Notes under the pieces: model-generated
Database searches by the model: none
What the model saw: only the letters and a program-made list of their open reading frames with translations
What the model was told of the DNA's origin: nothing
Made by a program: the position numbers and the translations under genes
In this document: in pieces, positions 25,221 to 37,938 of the stretch
How the letters are laid out: each line of letters opens with the position of its first letter
Position numbering within the stretch: position 1 is the first letter of the stretch
DNA from: Octopus bimaculoides
Lineage: Eukaryota
Reading direction: 5' to 3'
NCBI RefSeq assembly: GCF_001194135.2
Contig: NC_068992.1
Span: forward strand, 45,473,727-45,521,373
DNA: 47,647 nucleotides

Positions 25221-26021
25221 AACTTTGCCATTTTAATCGCGTGGAAGGCCGGGTATCTCTTCTAGTATCCAATAAATTATTCGAGACAACGATTTGATTT
25301 GTAAGCCCATTTCGTTTAAATAATAGTGTTTGCCTTTTGCAATGAGAAAACATTTGTAAATCGGCTAGGGCGGAATCTAGGACATGGTCTAACTTTACAG
25401 CATTCCTAATTTTCGATACGATACAATTTAAATTGATTTGCAAATCACGGAATATTTCAATTTGCATGACAAATAAGAATTAGAAATAAATATTTTATAA
25501 TTAATTATTTTCTGATAATTCCAATTATCAACGGCAAAAGGAATACGAAATTTCTATCTTAATGAATACTAAACAGACGGATTTTCTTCGCTGGTCTCAT
25601 TCATTTTGTAAAGGTAAATCTTAAACATACATATTTGAAGGGGTTTTTCTTTTATTTTATTTTATTTATATTTTCACACGTAACGTGTAATTAAAGTATT
25701 GACAGAATCTGACATATGATGCGACACAATCCCTGACAACTTCTCTTCACAATTCATTTTGGTGCATTACTAAATAGTTTAGTGTAGCAATTAGCTGCGG
25801 CTTCTTGTAACTGTACGTTCACATCTCTCAATTAGGAGGGATTCGCTATCTGAAAATCTAAATTCCGTTCAATACCACAAATTAAGGCAATCCTTGCCAA
25901 TTTTAGGCCGACCAGATACTGTCACACACAAACACACATATACGTATATCTGTGTGTGTGTGCGCGTATGCATGTATATATGTGTGTATATATGTGTATG
26001 TATATATATATATATATATAT

Positions 26022-26155
26022 NNNNNNNNNNNNNNNNNNNNNNNNNNNNNNNNNNNNNNNNNNNNNNNNNNNNNNNNNNNNNNNNNNNNNNNNNNNNNNN
26101 NNNNNNNNNNNNNNNNNNNNNNNNNNNNNNNNNNNNNNNNNNNNNNNNNNNNNNN
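26022..26155. other. Assembly gap (134 N) within (TA)n
   Basis: N run. Confidence 1.
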
Positions 26156-26606
26156 AATAGATACATATAAATATATATATATATACACACAAATATATGT
26201 GTATATGTATATATATAGGTACATGCATACAAATGTGTTTATACGTGTGTATGCGTGTTTATGTATATATTTGTGTTGCTACTCATACTACCATAACTAC
26301 TACAACTGCTGCTACTACTGCTACTATTACTACTGCCGCTGCTGCTATTGCTACTGCTGCTGCTGCTTCTGCGCTAGAATGAGACTCTTGTTACCACAGA
26401 AACGTGAAGATCCTTATGATGCCTCCTACTACATTTGTATTATATATGGTGTACACCTAAGTTGCTGTGATTTAGAAACGAGAATTACCTTCTACATATT
26501 AAACTTGTATTATTATCGGAGTTATATAAACTCATGTATTCTTGAACACATTCAGAAGCATAAATATATATACATATACATACACACAAAGGTTTTTTTA
26601 TATATA

Positions 26607-26649
<43 letters not shown>

Positions 26650-28360
26650 ATCATTTCGCATCTAACATACGTAATTGAATAACCTTAGGAGTTATAAGAC
26701 CTAGAGAGAACGAACATAGAATGGTTATACGTTGTGAGTATTTGGAGTCATATTTAGGACCCCAGTGCCTAGGAATTGGATGCGAAATTGCTCATATAAT
26801 GCTCATTTGAAACCAAGATGATATTATTATCCATAATATATGTCCTTGTGTATGTATGCATACAATTCTACAAAATTCAACCAACAAAATTTACCGATCC
26901 TTGAATCAGAACAAAATATATATATATATATATATATAGGATTGAATACGTTACTTAGCTAGAGTTGATCCTTCATCACAAAGCATGAGACGGAAGGTTG
27001 ACAGAGATAATGGGAGACGACAATCATGGAAAGTAACATAAAGGTGAGTTGGTTGGTATTTGACCTCAAGGCGTAGACAAGTGGATAAAATACCGACACT
27101 TTAACAATTCTGCCATGTTGCCGTCTTTGCTTGAAATTTAAAAAAATTATAATTATTTCGGCCATGTCGCACTTCGAAAACTGGTTCATGAGTTACTGGT
27201 TGCATTATGCTGACGATTTCTAGAAGGAACGAGATAGTACAACACAGATTTACCAGCTACTACGAATTCTAAGAATTGCATAATAAGTATTCCTGCATCC
27301 ACAAAAAAATGTTAATTCTATATCTTTTTTTTTTTAAATAATTCCTTATTACCAAATTAAAAATCGTACAGACTCCCACCCAATATTATGAAAATTGAGT
27401 AGCTCGCTTTGTTTTATTTGACCACTAGGCGGGGGGGTGGGGGTAGAACCACATGTGACTGAATTATTTCTACCACGAGACGGAAAATGTTGAGCTGTTC
27501 TATTATTTTGCTATTTCATCGTAAAAGAGAGATTATGCAAAAATTATACAAAACATTGAGCTCGCAGGAACGATAGTGCATCGGATAAAATTCTTCGCAT
27601 TTCCAGATTTTTATGTTGTGAGCTAAATCTCGGTGAATTTAATTTTGTCTTTGTCTGTCTTGTGTCAATGAAATATAGTTCCAGTCTAATACTGCAACCG
27701 ACATTCTACTATGTATTACAGTAGTTGAAATGCAGAAAGCTATTTCATTTTTATGCGTGATGCTACTAAACCGGAAAGAACTGCATCTTCAAGTGTTGTA
27801 ATAGCATCTGCTATGACAGAAATTAAAGACAAAGAAGAGGGATATTAGAGTTGTTAATGCAAGCACTACTTTTTTCGTAACATACTAAATTGGAGATATA
27901 ATCCTTAAAATAATCTTACATTAGCAGGAATGCAAACTGGTTATGAAATTCTTGATTCATGTAAGATTTTCGATATCTGATAGCGTTATCGACAATTCCG
28001 AACAAAGTTGGATACCTACGACATAATCTGGGTCGAATGTTTTAATAGAAAATACATCTTGATTATATCGTTTTGATTATTGTATTTCTTCAACTGATCC
28101 AACGATCTACAATGCATGTTGTTGCACAGTTAAAGAAAACAAACTCGTAGGTAACATTTAGACAGTTATTCTTAATTTTTGTCCATAAATTTGCTCTTGA
28201 GATTGCACGATTTCTTTTACTCGCTGACATTCACAATATTTTACGTTCCCTATAACGATGATGCAATACAAACGGAAGTAATTTTTATATAAGCACCTAG
28301 ATTGTTGCTCAAAGAGGAATGGAAAGATGACGCAGTAAATGGGAAATACATTTCTTATAG

Positions 28361-28416
28361 ACAACTGTAACATATGAAAGTGCATTCTGCAAACTCGACC
28401 AGATACTAATAATGGA
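28361..28416 (+). other. Candidate 56-nt exon
   Basis: catttcttatag|ACAACTG...ATAATGGA|gtaagt. Only frame 0 is open: TTVTYESAFCKLDQILIM. Confidence 0.22.
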
Positions 28417-29319
28417 GTAAGTTTTTATCATGGTTAAACATGATCGCTATCATTCAAACGCATATATTAAATCAATATGTTGCATTAGAAAAAGTATTCC
28501 TTACGGCAGCAAATTCAGAAAGTCGCTAGAACACTTGGCAAAATGTTTCACGTTACTTTTTCCGACTCTCAGAACTATAAGTTTATATTTAGTTGAAGAC
28601 TCTATAGTTTTCATCCTTTCAGGGTCGGTTAAAATTGTCAGTTCATCATAGTGGATTAGCAGATCTGCAGGAACTTCGGACTTGATGCCCTGTATTATTT
28701 ATTTCTTCTGACTCTTCACATTCTGAGTTCAGATCCCATGGTAGCACAGGTTGTTGATAGACTTAAACTACCGCCTCCTTTAATGGCACTGTCTACTACG
28801 ATGGGTGTCTTTAGTTGAGTTTGCTGTTACAAGCACCACTCGGACCATAATTCTAGTTTGAAGACAAATTCTTAGCTACTTCCTATTAGATTGATGGCCC
28901 TGTAATAGGTCATGGACACTGCATGCCATCTTGACAAAAAAGAAAAGAAAAAGAAAGAAAAAAGAAAACAACAATAAGGAAATGAGATGACGTTATTCAG
29001 AGGCAGTCACCTAAGAAGATTTAAGTCATTGCAACAAATTTGAAAGCTTAGATGATAAAATCAATGAACTCGTGTAACATTCAGAAGAAATTCATTTATC
29101 CTCCAAATTGGTGCTTATAATCCTTATTGGTAATATCTCAGTAGTTTGAATGTATTATTTTTTTTAAGACTGTTCGTTAAATAATCTGCTTTTAATTACA
29201 TGTTTTGTATTCGGAGTATGGATGGAATTTCCTATGGCGGGAATGTACTGGCTGGAATGTTTACTCGTAGAATATTTTAAACACGCATACTGACATTCCT
29301 CCTTCTGGTTCTCGCTCTA

Positions 29320-29351
29320 TGTGTGTATGTATGTATATATGTATGTGTATG

Positions 29352-29385
<34 letters not shown>

Positions 29386-29433
29386 TGTATGTATGTATGT
29401 ATGTGCATATGTGTATCTATGTATGTATATATA
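29320..29433. repeat. (TATG)n microsatellite
   Basis: Directly visible. Confidence 0.9.
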
Positions 29434-29435
29434 TA

Positions 29436-29950
29436 CAGGGTGTCTCAAAAATATATACGAAGTTTAACAGCCGATAATTCTCTTAATTTTTTACTTCCTT
29501 TCCAGATTTAACACTTGAAACCCTCAATAATGATGCCTTGAACAAAATAAGTTTTTCTTAATGTGCTACTGGAATGTTTTAAAACACAGTAGAAGTGCAA
29601 ACAGTCTAGAAGAGAATTTCAAACAGATGCACCTACACAGCTTACGGTCGCTCGAATTGAAGATAAGTCAGAATGTTCTTAAGAAACGTCCCATAAGGCC
29701 ACGGACTTCGATGAGCCCCACCAATGAAGAACGGCTGCTAAAAACATTGCCAGACTACGTGAAAATCTCAGAGGCAATCGAGTTGTGAAAACTCCATCAC
29801 ATTTTGAAACGCAGTTATTTGAAAAGATATCTTCCATAAATAGACCATGTCTCAGAGAAGCTGATTCGGACTGAAGCGGGTAACTTTGTGAGTTCTACTT
29901 GACAAGATGTGTTGAAGATGCACATTATCGAACATAAATTGTTTGAATGG
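29436..29950 (+). mobile_element. Tc1/mariner-superfamily DNA transposon, 5' end with decayed transposase N-terminus
   Basis: TA|CAGGGTGTCTC terminus. Frameshifted translation gives FLMCYW, EFQTDAPTQLTVARIEDK, KKRPIRPRTSMSPTNEERLL, HHILKRSYLK and LCEFYLTRCVEDAH, matching the HTH/GRPR region of CAGGGTG-type transposases. No right TIR found. Confidence 0.8.
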
Positions 29951-30442
29951 CTTAAAAAAAAAGAGACTGGAATTCATTTTGAACTCTCGCTGTGCGCTGC
30001 AGGGACGAATTTTCTCTCACTCCTCTCTCTCTCTCTCGCTCTTTCTCCCTTGTCTATCGTTCTCTTTCGCCCTCTGTCTGTGTCTGTCTCTCCCTCATTT
30101 TTTTCCCTTAAATATTTATTGTGTTTTTAATACTTTAAGCGTTAAAGAGCATAAGAGATGCTATATCAGGCCAAATACTGCAGTATCTGGCTTATTGACA
30201 GTGTATCTGTAAGTGTGTGTGTATGTGTGTGTATATGTGTGTATGTGTGTGTGTGTGTGTGTGCATATGTGTGTGTGTGTGTTTGTTGATACACATATAA
30301 TATACACACAAATATGTTACTTCTGCATTTTGACTTTTGCTGAAATCATATATAGGTGAATATGTGTGTTTGTGTATGTATATATGTCTTTGCGCTTATG
30401 TGTGTATGCATGTACGTATATATGCATGTATGCATGTATGCT

Positions 30443-30493
<51 letters not shown>

Positions 30494-31014
30494 TTACGTA
30501 TGTGTGGGTTTGTGTGATGTACCGCTATTATATTGAACTATATACCTTTCATACATAATAAAGCAGTCAATAGTAGAATTCTAAGAGAGACATCTACAAA
30601 CTACCATCTTTCATTAAAGCAACTCATTGAATATTCCAGCACCAATGTCTATCACTATCTCTCACTCTCTATCTACCTATCCATATATCTCCATCTATCC
30701 CAAACTCTAATTCTCCCTTTATCTCTCCATCCATCTTACTCTTTCTACGTGGTTATTTAATTTCATTTGCCTTTTGTTTTCAGTTATTCTTTTATTAATC
30801 TCAAATATATTTCTAGCACGTCTGTCCTATCAATCATTTAAAAATTCATTTCCCTCAATCGCTGTAAACATTTCTGTCGTTGTTTGTTTGGTTTACTCTC
30901 AAGATTGATCTACTTTTAAGATCTTTAGGTCAGCCATCTTCCCTTCTTATTGATCGACTCTAACGTTTTGATATTTCTGCGTCTGATCGCTATTTTATGC
31001 AGCCTGCTGATTGG

Positions 31015-31085
<71 letters not shown>

Positions 31086-31095
31086 CACTACTACT
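31015..31095. repeat. (CTA)n microsatellite
   Basis: Directly visible. Confidence 0.95.
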
Positions 31096-31205
31096 TGAGT
31101 AGTAATGGTAGTAATAGTAACAGTGGTGGTGGTAGTGGTAATAAAGTAGTCATGTTATATCAGCACAAGCATGTACTTATGTAGGTACTTGAATCTTTTG
31201 TATAG

Positions 31206-31348
<143 letters not shown>

Positions 31349-31399
31349 ATATTTGCATATAATTGTTAAAGTGGACAACAAATAAATTAGATAATTACC

Positions 31400-31757
31400 G
31401 TATTATTCAACCCAAGGATAACAAACAGGAAATAGTACTTGAAACTTATTACACAAAAAGTACGAAAAACCATTTAACACCAGAAATCAACTGACCGGTA
31501 CGCCAAGAGAATGATGACCATCAAAATGAAGGATTCCTCATGTCCCACAAAAAAAATCAAAAACGCATAAATGGACACGTGAGAAATATATTTCAATACT
31601 ACACGTTTTTTTTTTTCAGCAGTGATCTACCCACAGAACGAAAACACAACAACATATACATAAAAAAAATTGGAAGAAAAATAACCTAGAAAAAGATCTG
31701 GATGCAGCAATGAACCCTAATAAACTAGCTAACATAAGGTGATATATTCTCAAAACC
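31400..31757 (+). mobile_element. R4/Dong-clade retrotransposon, ORF N-terminal fragment
   Basis: KWTREKYISILH, AVIYPQNEN and WKKNNLEKDLDAAMNPNKLANIR*YILK resemble the R4/Dong N-terminal KWTxEE...KLAxxRRxI block. Confidence 0.55.
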
Positions 31758-32640
31758 AACACTGTATCATAACATCTTACGCTACTCAGTTCGGTCTAGA
31801 CAATGACTTTCCCAGGATGTTAACTTAAGCTGTTGGGATTTTAGAGATTGTTTCAGCTTATCCTTATGCTCTAGAGGAATGCGACCATCTTGCATTTGAG
31901 GAAGATGGATTGTCAACACCATGCTTTCAGTACTGGACTTATAATTTTTTTGTAAGCTTTTGGCATTTGATATCTTATCTTACGCTTCTATGTTGCAGAT
32001 ATTGCGCAGAGAGCGCATGAGAAAGTTTTCAAATTCTTTTGTATGCTTGTAGTAACGAATGTTTCTGCCCATGTTTCTGCTCTGTACAAAAAAAATGTAC
32101 TCAAAATACAAGATTTGTATACACTTATTTTAGTTTTCAAACTGACACCCTGTTCATTCCAGGAAAGATGAGAAAGTTTTCCAAGTGCACTTGTTGCCTA
32201 AAATAATGTAATATTGATTTCATCAAACAACACTCTTAAAGTTTACTGTTTTGCCAAAATATTTAAATAACTTTATACGTTTGATTGGCTTATTGTCAAT
32301 AATCACATTTGAACCTTCAGTATTTCTGCCTCAGGCTTTGGACAGAATAAAACTTCAGTCTTCTTTATGCTGATAATCACCGCAAAAGCAATAGCTGCCG
32401 CGGCAAACCTGCAAAATGTTTCCTGAATTCCTTCGAATGTAAGAAAAATCAAAATACAATCATCAACGAAATCGTGCAGAATCCTTTCCTTGGTATTTTT
32501 CTTTCATCTGAAGCTTTGCTTATTTTGATTTAGTTGAGCACCGTCTGTGCGAAGCGGAAATTTTGCATCTCCATGAATTCATTGAAATCATGTTGAATCA
32601 TTGAAGTGAATCAAGCAAAAAGTACAAGAGCCAAAATAAA
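31745..32640 (-). mobile_element. RTE-clade LINE, RT and C-terminal fragment
   Basis: Minus strand gives RILHDFVDDC (YADD site), RFAAAAIAFAVIISIKKTEVLFCPKP, ATSALGKLSHLSWNEQGVSLKTKISVYKSCILST, YRAETW and HKDKLKQSLK...SWESHCLDR; many stops and frameshifts. Confidence 0.85.
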
Positions 32641-32731
32641 GCCCCATTTCGTTCCAGTGGAAACAAAATGCCTCTGAACATTGATAGTGATATATTACGT
32701 GCACCGTCATTCTTTCGTGCATATATACTAT

Positions 32732-33057
32732 GCCCGTATGGCGTAGTGGTTAAGAGCGCGGGATACTAACCCCAAGATTCCGAGTTCGATTCTTGGCAGT
32801 GACCTGAATAATATTAATATTAATATTAATAATAATAATGATAATAATAATAATCATAATAATAACAACAAGATCGAAAAATAACTTAGGAATGAGAACT
32901 CAGGTTCGGAATTTCCCCATGACACCTGATAAACGTTGGAGGGTATATCAGCCGAAAGGTTGTGTTAACAATAAACAAGATGAGGACAAATATCTGTCAA
33001 TTGTGAATAATGTAAATAATGTACATAATTCCTCATCTCTTAAATATAGAACTGTAG
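32732..33057 (+). mobile_element. tRNA-headed SINE with internal (AAT)n and a hammerhead-like 3' tail
   Basis: A-box TGGCGTAGTGG (32739-32749) and B-box GTTCGATTC (32784-32792); (AAT)n at ~32808-32866; gacac-CTGATAA-a-cgttgga...tcagcc-GAAAGGTT-gtgtt at 32921-32966. Confidence 0.7.
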
Positions 33058-35042
33058 AAGATGGATATGTTCTCGCCTTCAGAAGATTACAACTCATAGA
33101 CAGTTAATGGATGAATATGACATTGGATCGTCTAAAGGGTATTTTTAATTAGAACAGAGAGAATTTGTGTTAATACATGTGAATTAACTGATATTGAAAA
33201 AGAATTTCTACCGTATCTAAAATGGATTGCTGCTTCTCAAAGTATAATGTTTAAATTTATTTTTATGTTACAACATTTACAATATATGTATTTTATTAGG
33301 TTCATTAAATCTATTCTTTACTTGATTTACACTTCTTCATGTAACTCTCATTTCTATTTTACTCAGAATAATAATATTGATACCGATGCATATATAGAAT
33401 TTTAATGCGTTTTGCAAGGTGCTTGACTAACTTAAAAAGTAAATGATGAGATCTTCGGAAAATTCAATTATCCGACAGGACTCCGGTTCCAGTGGTGGCG
33501 GATAGGTATTGAGTTGCTGATCCAATTATATCCCGCATTTTTATGTGGAAAACTCTGCCGAAATTCATTGTCAAATCGTTAATTTTATTAGGGTTCATAA
33601 CAGTAATTAGAGAAAAAAAAAAAAAAAAAAAAAAAAAAAAGAAGGGAGCCGCTGCATAGTTACTCGAGCTGACAAAAAACATCAGAAACATTTCCCTCGA
33701 ATCATTAATCAACGTCTTTAATTAGGATAGAGCAAATTAAAGAATGTACCTTAGCGTATCGTCAAAAGGAATGCAGTTATCAATACCCTTAACAAGCAAT
33801 GGTCATGGGTGGAATCAGTTTTATCCATAGATCTTCTGCATCTTCTGTTATACAACAGCATTTTATTTTATTACACACACACACACACATACACACACAC
33901 ATATGTCAAAACGATAGTACTACTTGTGAACTGTGCATCTGACATTAAGAATGTATAATACAAGCATTTCTTTTGTTCAAAAAATTCTGTAGCGATGTCA
34001 TATCCAGGATGCTGCGGTCAGCATCAGAACAACAGAACCGAATGCTGAGAATATAAGGATGAATATGTTGGATATTCTTATTAATAAACTAAATCCTTTT
34101 GTCAACAAAAGACAAGTTGTGCGTGTCGCTAATTGAGTGATACAGCTCTAACAGTCTCTGAATGTAATACCTCCATCCTCATATCACGGCAGAGCAGAGC
34201 TAAGCTCATTAGCAATATTTTTCTCTTAAATGTTTTCAGAACGGAAAAAAACAAAAATCTAAAACATAAAAGCTAAAGTATAGAACAGTAAAGCGTTGAT
34301 TTTATTTTGATTTTGCTTTCATTGGTTAATTTTCAATTTACATCATATTGGTTCACTAAAAGATATTTAACTTTTTTTCACAATCTTCACATAAATTAAT
34401 CTAGAGTAACCTTACGCTCGAAGCAGGATAAACTTACTGTCCTGATGAATTTATTAACTTTAAACGACAAAAGAACATAGGTCTCCCTATTCAATTTGCT
34501 TAAAAAAATTGCTTGAAATGCAGTGTTTCCCCTAACACAATGAAACTCATTTAGTAACCTCTTTCAGCTTCTTCTTCCTATCTTCAGTTTTACTACCAGC
34601 AAATACTTTCAAAGATGAGTTTCCCTGTGTATAAATACTCCTTACCTATAGTTCACTAGCTATGAATACTCTCTAGCTTCGATGTACAAGTCCTTGATTA
34701 ATCATCTTGTGCAGCACCTTTATAGATTGTTCTATCAATACATCGGAGATTTCCACTTCTTGACCTATGAATACCAAACTAACCAAGACTTCCGCGGACG
34801 AATTGCCATGGATTTAAAGCAAACACTACTGATCCGATTCTTCCTACCATAACCACTTGTCGCTACTCAACAGATTTTGCCTTTTACCCCCATAATTACC
34901 GATACTATATCTCGTCACAAACTTCATCTGAGCTCACTTTCTTAAATACCAGTTTACAGTTGATATAAGGCCTAAAAAACAGACAAACAAGGAATGTTTC
35001 TGCATCCTCATAATGACCTCCTAGAGTCAGGCGTTTTTAATA

Positions 35043-35098
35043 TATTTCAAGGCGGTTAACATGTATTTCAAGGCGGTTAACATGTATTTCAAGACGGC
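35043..35098 (+). repeat. 21-bp tandem duplication at a SINE 5' junction
   Basis: tatttcaaggcggttaacatg occurs twice (35043-35063, 35064-35084), then tatttcaagacggc. Confidence 0.9.
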
Positions 35099-35310
35099 AT
35101 TTGACAAAATCGTTAGCACACAGAATCATTAATGCTTAGCGGCATTTAATCCTTTTGTACGTTCTGAGTTCAAATTCTGCCGCGGTCGACTTTACCTTTC
35201 GTCTTCTCGAGGTCGATAAGATACGAACTACTTGAAAACTGGGGTTGATGTAATCGATCAGCGCACTCCCCCGTAATAACTGGGTCAGTGGCACAATTTG
35301 GAAACCATAT
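35092..35310 (+). mobile_element. tRNA-derived SINE family A
   Basis: aaatcgttagcac...aatgcttagcggcattt...acgttctgagttcaaattctgccgcggtcgactttacctttc...ctggggttgatgtaatcga. Confidence 0.8.
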
Positions 35311-35641
35311 TTATATTTATTTCAGCCCTTCAGGATCACATATATTTGTGAATAAAATGTATACTGTCTAATTCATGAAGAGCAGTGAAAACTATGAATG
35401 TGCAGTTAAGCTATCTTTTATAGGGATAACTTAATTCTTGACCACTTTATGTCGCAGCTGTTAATGGATTGTCAATGGATTTTAACTCTGTCCGTGTCCA
35501 TTATCGGAGCTGCGTTCTTTTTGTATATTCAACATTTTGTCGCGTGCGTGTGTGTGTGCGTGTGCCGGCATGCGTGTGTTTGTGTATGCAGTGTATGCAA
35601 ATGTATATGTATATATGTATGCATGTATGTATGTATGTATG

Positions 35642-35990
35642 CCTCGGGGATACTTCTAGATGTCCCTGCAATATATGCCGTCTTTTTGTCTCTACAATGA
35701 CCTTCTATGCACCTAATGCTGTAGACTACATTTCTAAGTTCTTCAGTTAATGCTAGGGTTAATCTGACATACCATGCAATAATCATTAGGGCATGTGATG
35801 TTTTCTAAGGGCTACGTCCTACATAACTGCGATCTGATGGAGCACCCTGGCTTCTCTATGATCTTAATGTTGAGTTTGGTCACCTTCATAGCTTTCCTAA
35901 ATCTACGGAGTGTTGTTTGTAGAGGCCACACCATTTGGGTATTTATCCTGTTGACTTAGGAAGGCTTTGATGGATACGGACATAGAAAAA
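35642..35990 (-). mobile_element. Penelope-like element, Cys-rich linker and GIY-YIG endonuclease N-terminal fragment
   Basis: KLNIKIIEKPGCSIRSQLCRT*PLENITCPNDYCMVCQINP, then RNVVYSIRCIEGHCRDKKTAYIAGTSRSIPE (NVVY...C..C...YIGETSR pattern). Confidence 0.8.
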
Positions 35991-36061
35991 TCAACATCCA
36001 TTTACAAGGTTGCAAACGCAATGAAAATTTATGGAATGCACAAAAAATGAATTACAAATGA

Positions 36062-36210
36062 GGTGTTTACGTTAACTTAGCGATTCGGCCAAAGAGACCA
36101 ATAGAATAAGTACTAAGCTTAGAAAGAATAAGTCCTGGGTTCGATTTGCTCGACTAAAAGGCGGTGCTCCGGCATGGCCGCGGTCAAATGACTGAAACAA
36201 GTAAATGAGA
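36062..36210 (+). mobile_element. SINE family B, 3' half
   Basis: aacttagcgattcggccaaagagaccaatagaataagtactaagctt...gatttgctcgactaaaaggcggtgctccggcatggccgcggtcaaatgactgaaacaagt. Confidence 0.85.
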
Positions 36211-36415
36211 TTTCGAAATAGATGCATAGATCATGTGAGGTGACTGGTAAGAATATCTCATCTGGTATCCTCCTTTATATCAGTCTGGGAATTTCGCAAG
36301 CCCTTGCGTTCAACAAACTGTCTTATGCGAGAAAGCTCGTGCAGGCTCGAACACACACGCACACACGCGCAATCAGAGAAATAGACAGACAGACACATAC
36401 GCACGCACACGCACG

Positions 36416-36451
<36 letters not shown>

Positions 36452-36849
36452 CACACACACACACACACATACAGGATGCTTATGGTTCATATCCCAACAC
36501 ACGCATATCATTATATGTGGTGTTTCATAGATTTCTGACCCAAAATTTGATTCCTAGACGTGTAAATTCATGAGCTCATATACACTTGATTACCCCGTGT
36601 ATTATGTGATGCTATGAATATGCGCAATATGTATGAATCTGTATAGTTAGGAAATCCCGTATAAGTTCACGAAAGTATACGTCGTTAATATTTAATGCAT
36701 ATATAAAGCATAATCTGCATATAAGCGATATCCAGAAACCTACCCATGTTGGAGGGGTGGCAAAGCAGGTGGGAGTCATGTTTGAAATTTCGAAGTATAA
36801 ATTGCTTCTTGTGCATGCAGGAAGAGAAATAATTATTTTAAACGTTCAT

Positions 36850-37135
36850 TGTTCATGTTATACTATTAAACTTTTTCGGTGATACAGAAGTCACATTTGC
36901 TGCCCTGTCCCCTATATTTGCTGGCCTTAGCTATGATGCTCCAGTTTATATGTGGGCTATTCACGCTCCTCTCTTTAAGTATCGACAATATATTGGATAA
37001 AGATGTTGTGTGTCTTTTGTCTTCGTCTTTGAACGAAGCCAAATGCTGTGTATATCGTTCCTTGAAGATAATGTAAATCTATATTTTGGATTCAGTATTA
37101 TCTTCCCGTCTTCATTTTTGCGGAGACTTTGAGCA
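36850..37135 (-). mobile_element. Penelope-like element, GIY-YIG endonuclease C-terminal fragment
   Basis: FKERYTQHLASFKDEDKRHTTSLSNILSILKERSVNSPHINWSIIAKASKYRGQGSKCDFCITEK is an open, close match to the PLE EN tail. Confidence 0.85.
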
Positions 37136-37831
37136 ATGGCATATATACGTACAAGCACACATAAACACACGCTCACACACAGACACACAAACACGCGCAT
37201 ATAGAAGCCTATAGAAGTACGCACAAGAACGTACGCATACATATACAAGCATATAATTATATATATATTTTTTTGTATTCGTTATTACTAACCTATATGT
37301 GTATATATATGTAGGGATATATACAATAAGTTATATATATATAATTCAATTTAGAGAAAATTTTCTTTACGTTTTTTTAAAAATAACTTTCCATTTATTA
37401 CGCATTAAATATAGCAACTATAATTTATATATATATATATATATATGCGTGTGTACATGTTTGTGCGTATCTGTGTGTATGTGTTGTGTGTTAATAAGTA
37501 TGTGTATAAAATTACAAAAGAAAAATAAGAGACTTAGATGAAACGAAACAAAATGTCGGTATTCTATTTAAGAGAATATTGAGTAGGAAAAGCCAGCAGC
37601 TAATGTCGTGATTTGCTGGACGGTTGAGTTGGCGGCTGTGTAGCGTTCTATGCAATTACAGGAGGAAAGCAAGGGTCATCTGACAGCGTTGCTGAAAGAA
37701 TGACTTTGTAGAAGTGACCAATAAATTGTTGCACAGCCAGGAAATTAACTGAATAATTGAAAATGTAAATGAGTTCTTGCTAGACAAGCGTGTTTAGTTT
37801 CGATGACAGCAAAAGTTTTGCACGCGCTTTT

Positions 37832-37863
<32 letters not shown>

Positions 37864-37897
37864 ACACATACATACACACATACACATATATGCATAC

Positions 37898-37938
<41 letters not shown>

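Noticed and set aside
25078-25467. 129-aa minus-strand ORF (MQIEIFRDLQ...)
   Set aside because: Its C-terminal part is SINE B sequence, it crosses a Helitron-like ACTAG...ACCCGGC motif (~25270-25245), and no family motif is recognised.
32146-32152. CACCCTG as the right TIR of the Tc1/mariner element at 29436
   Set aside because: Not followed by TA and lies inside RTE coding sequence (Q-G-V codons on the minus strand).
32732-32800. Possible tRNA gene
   Set aside because: A and B boxes are present, but the acceptor and anticodon stems do not pair well and the sequence continues into a SINE body.
34590-34960. Possible further LINE fragment
   Set aside because: Only vague motif resemblance (IAMDLKQ); it could not be assigned.
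36885-36990. Plus-strand exon-like frame VTFAALSPIFAGLSYDAPVYMWAIHAPLF
   Set aside because: It is the antisense of a Penelope GIY-YIG fragment. This shows that exon-like patterns arise spuriously here.
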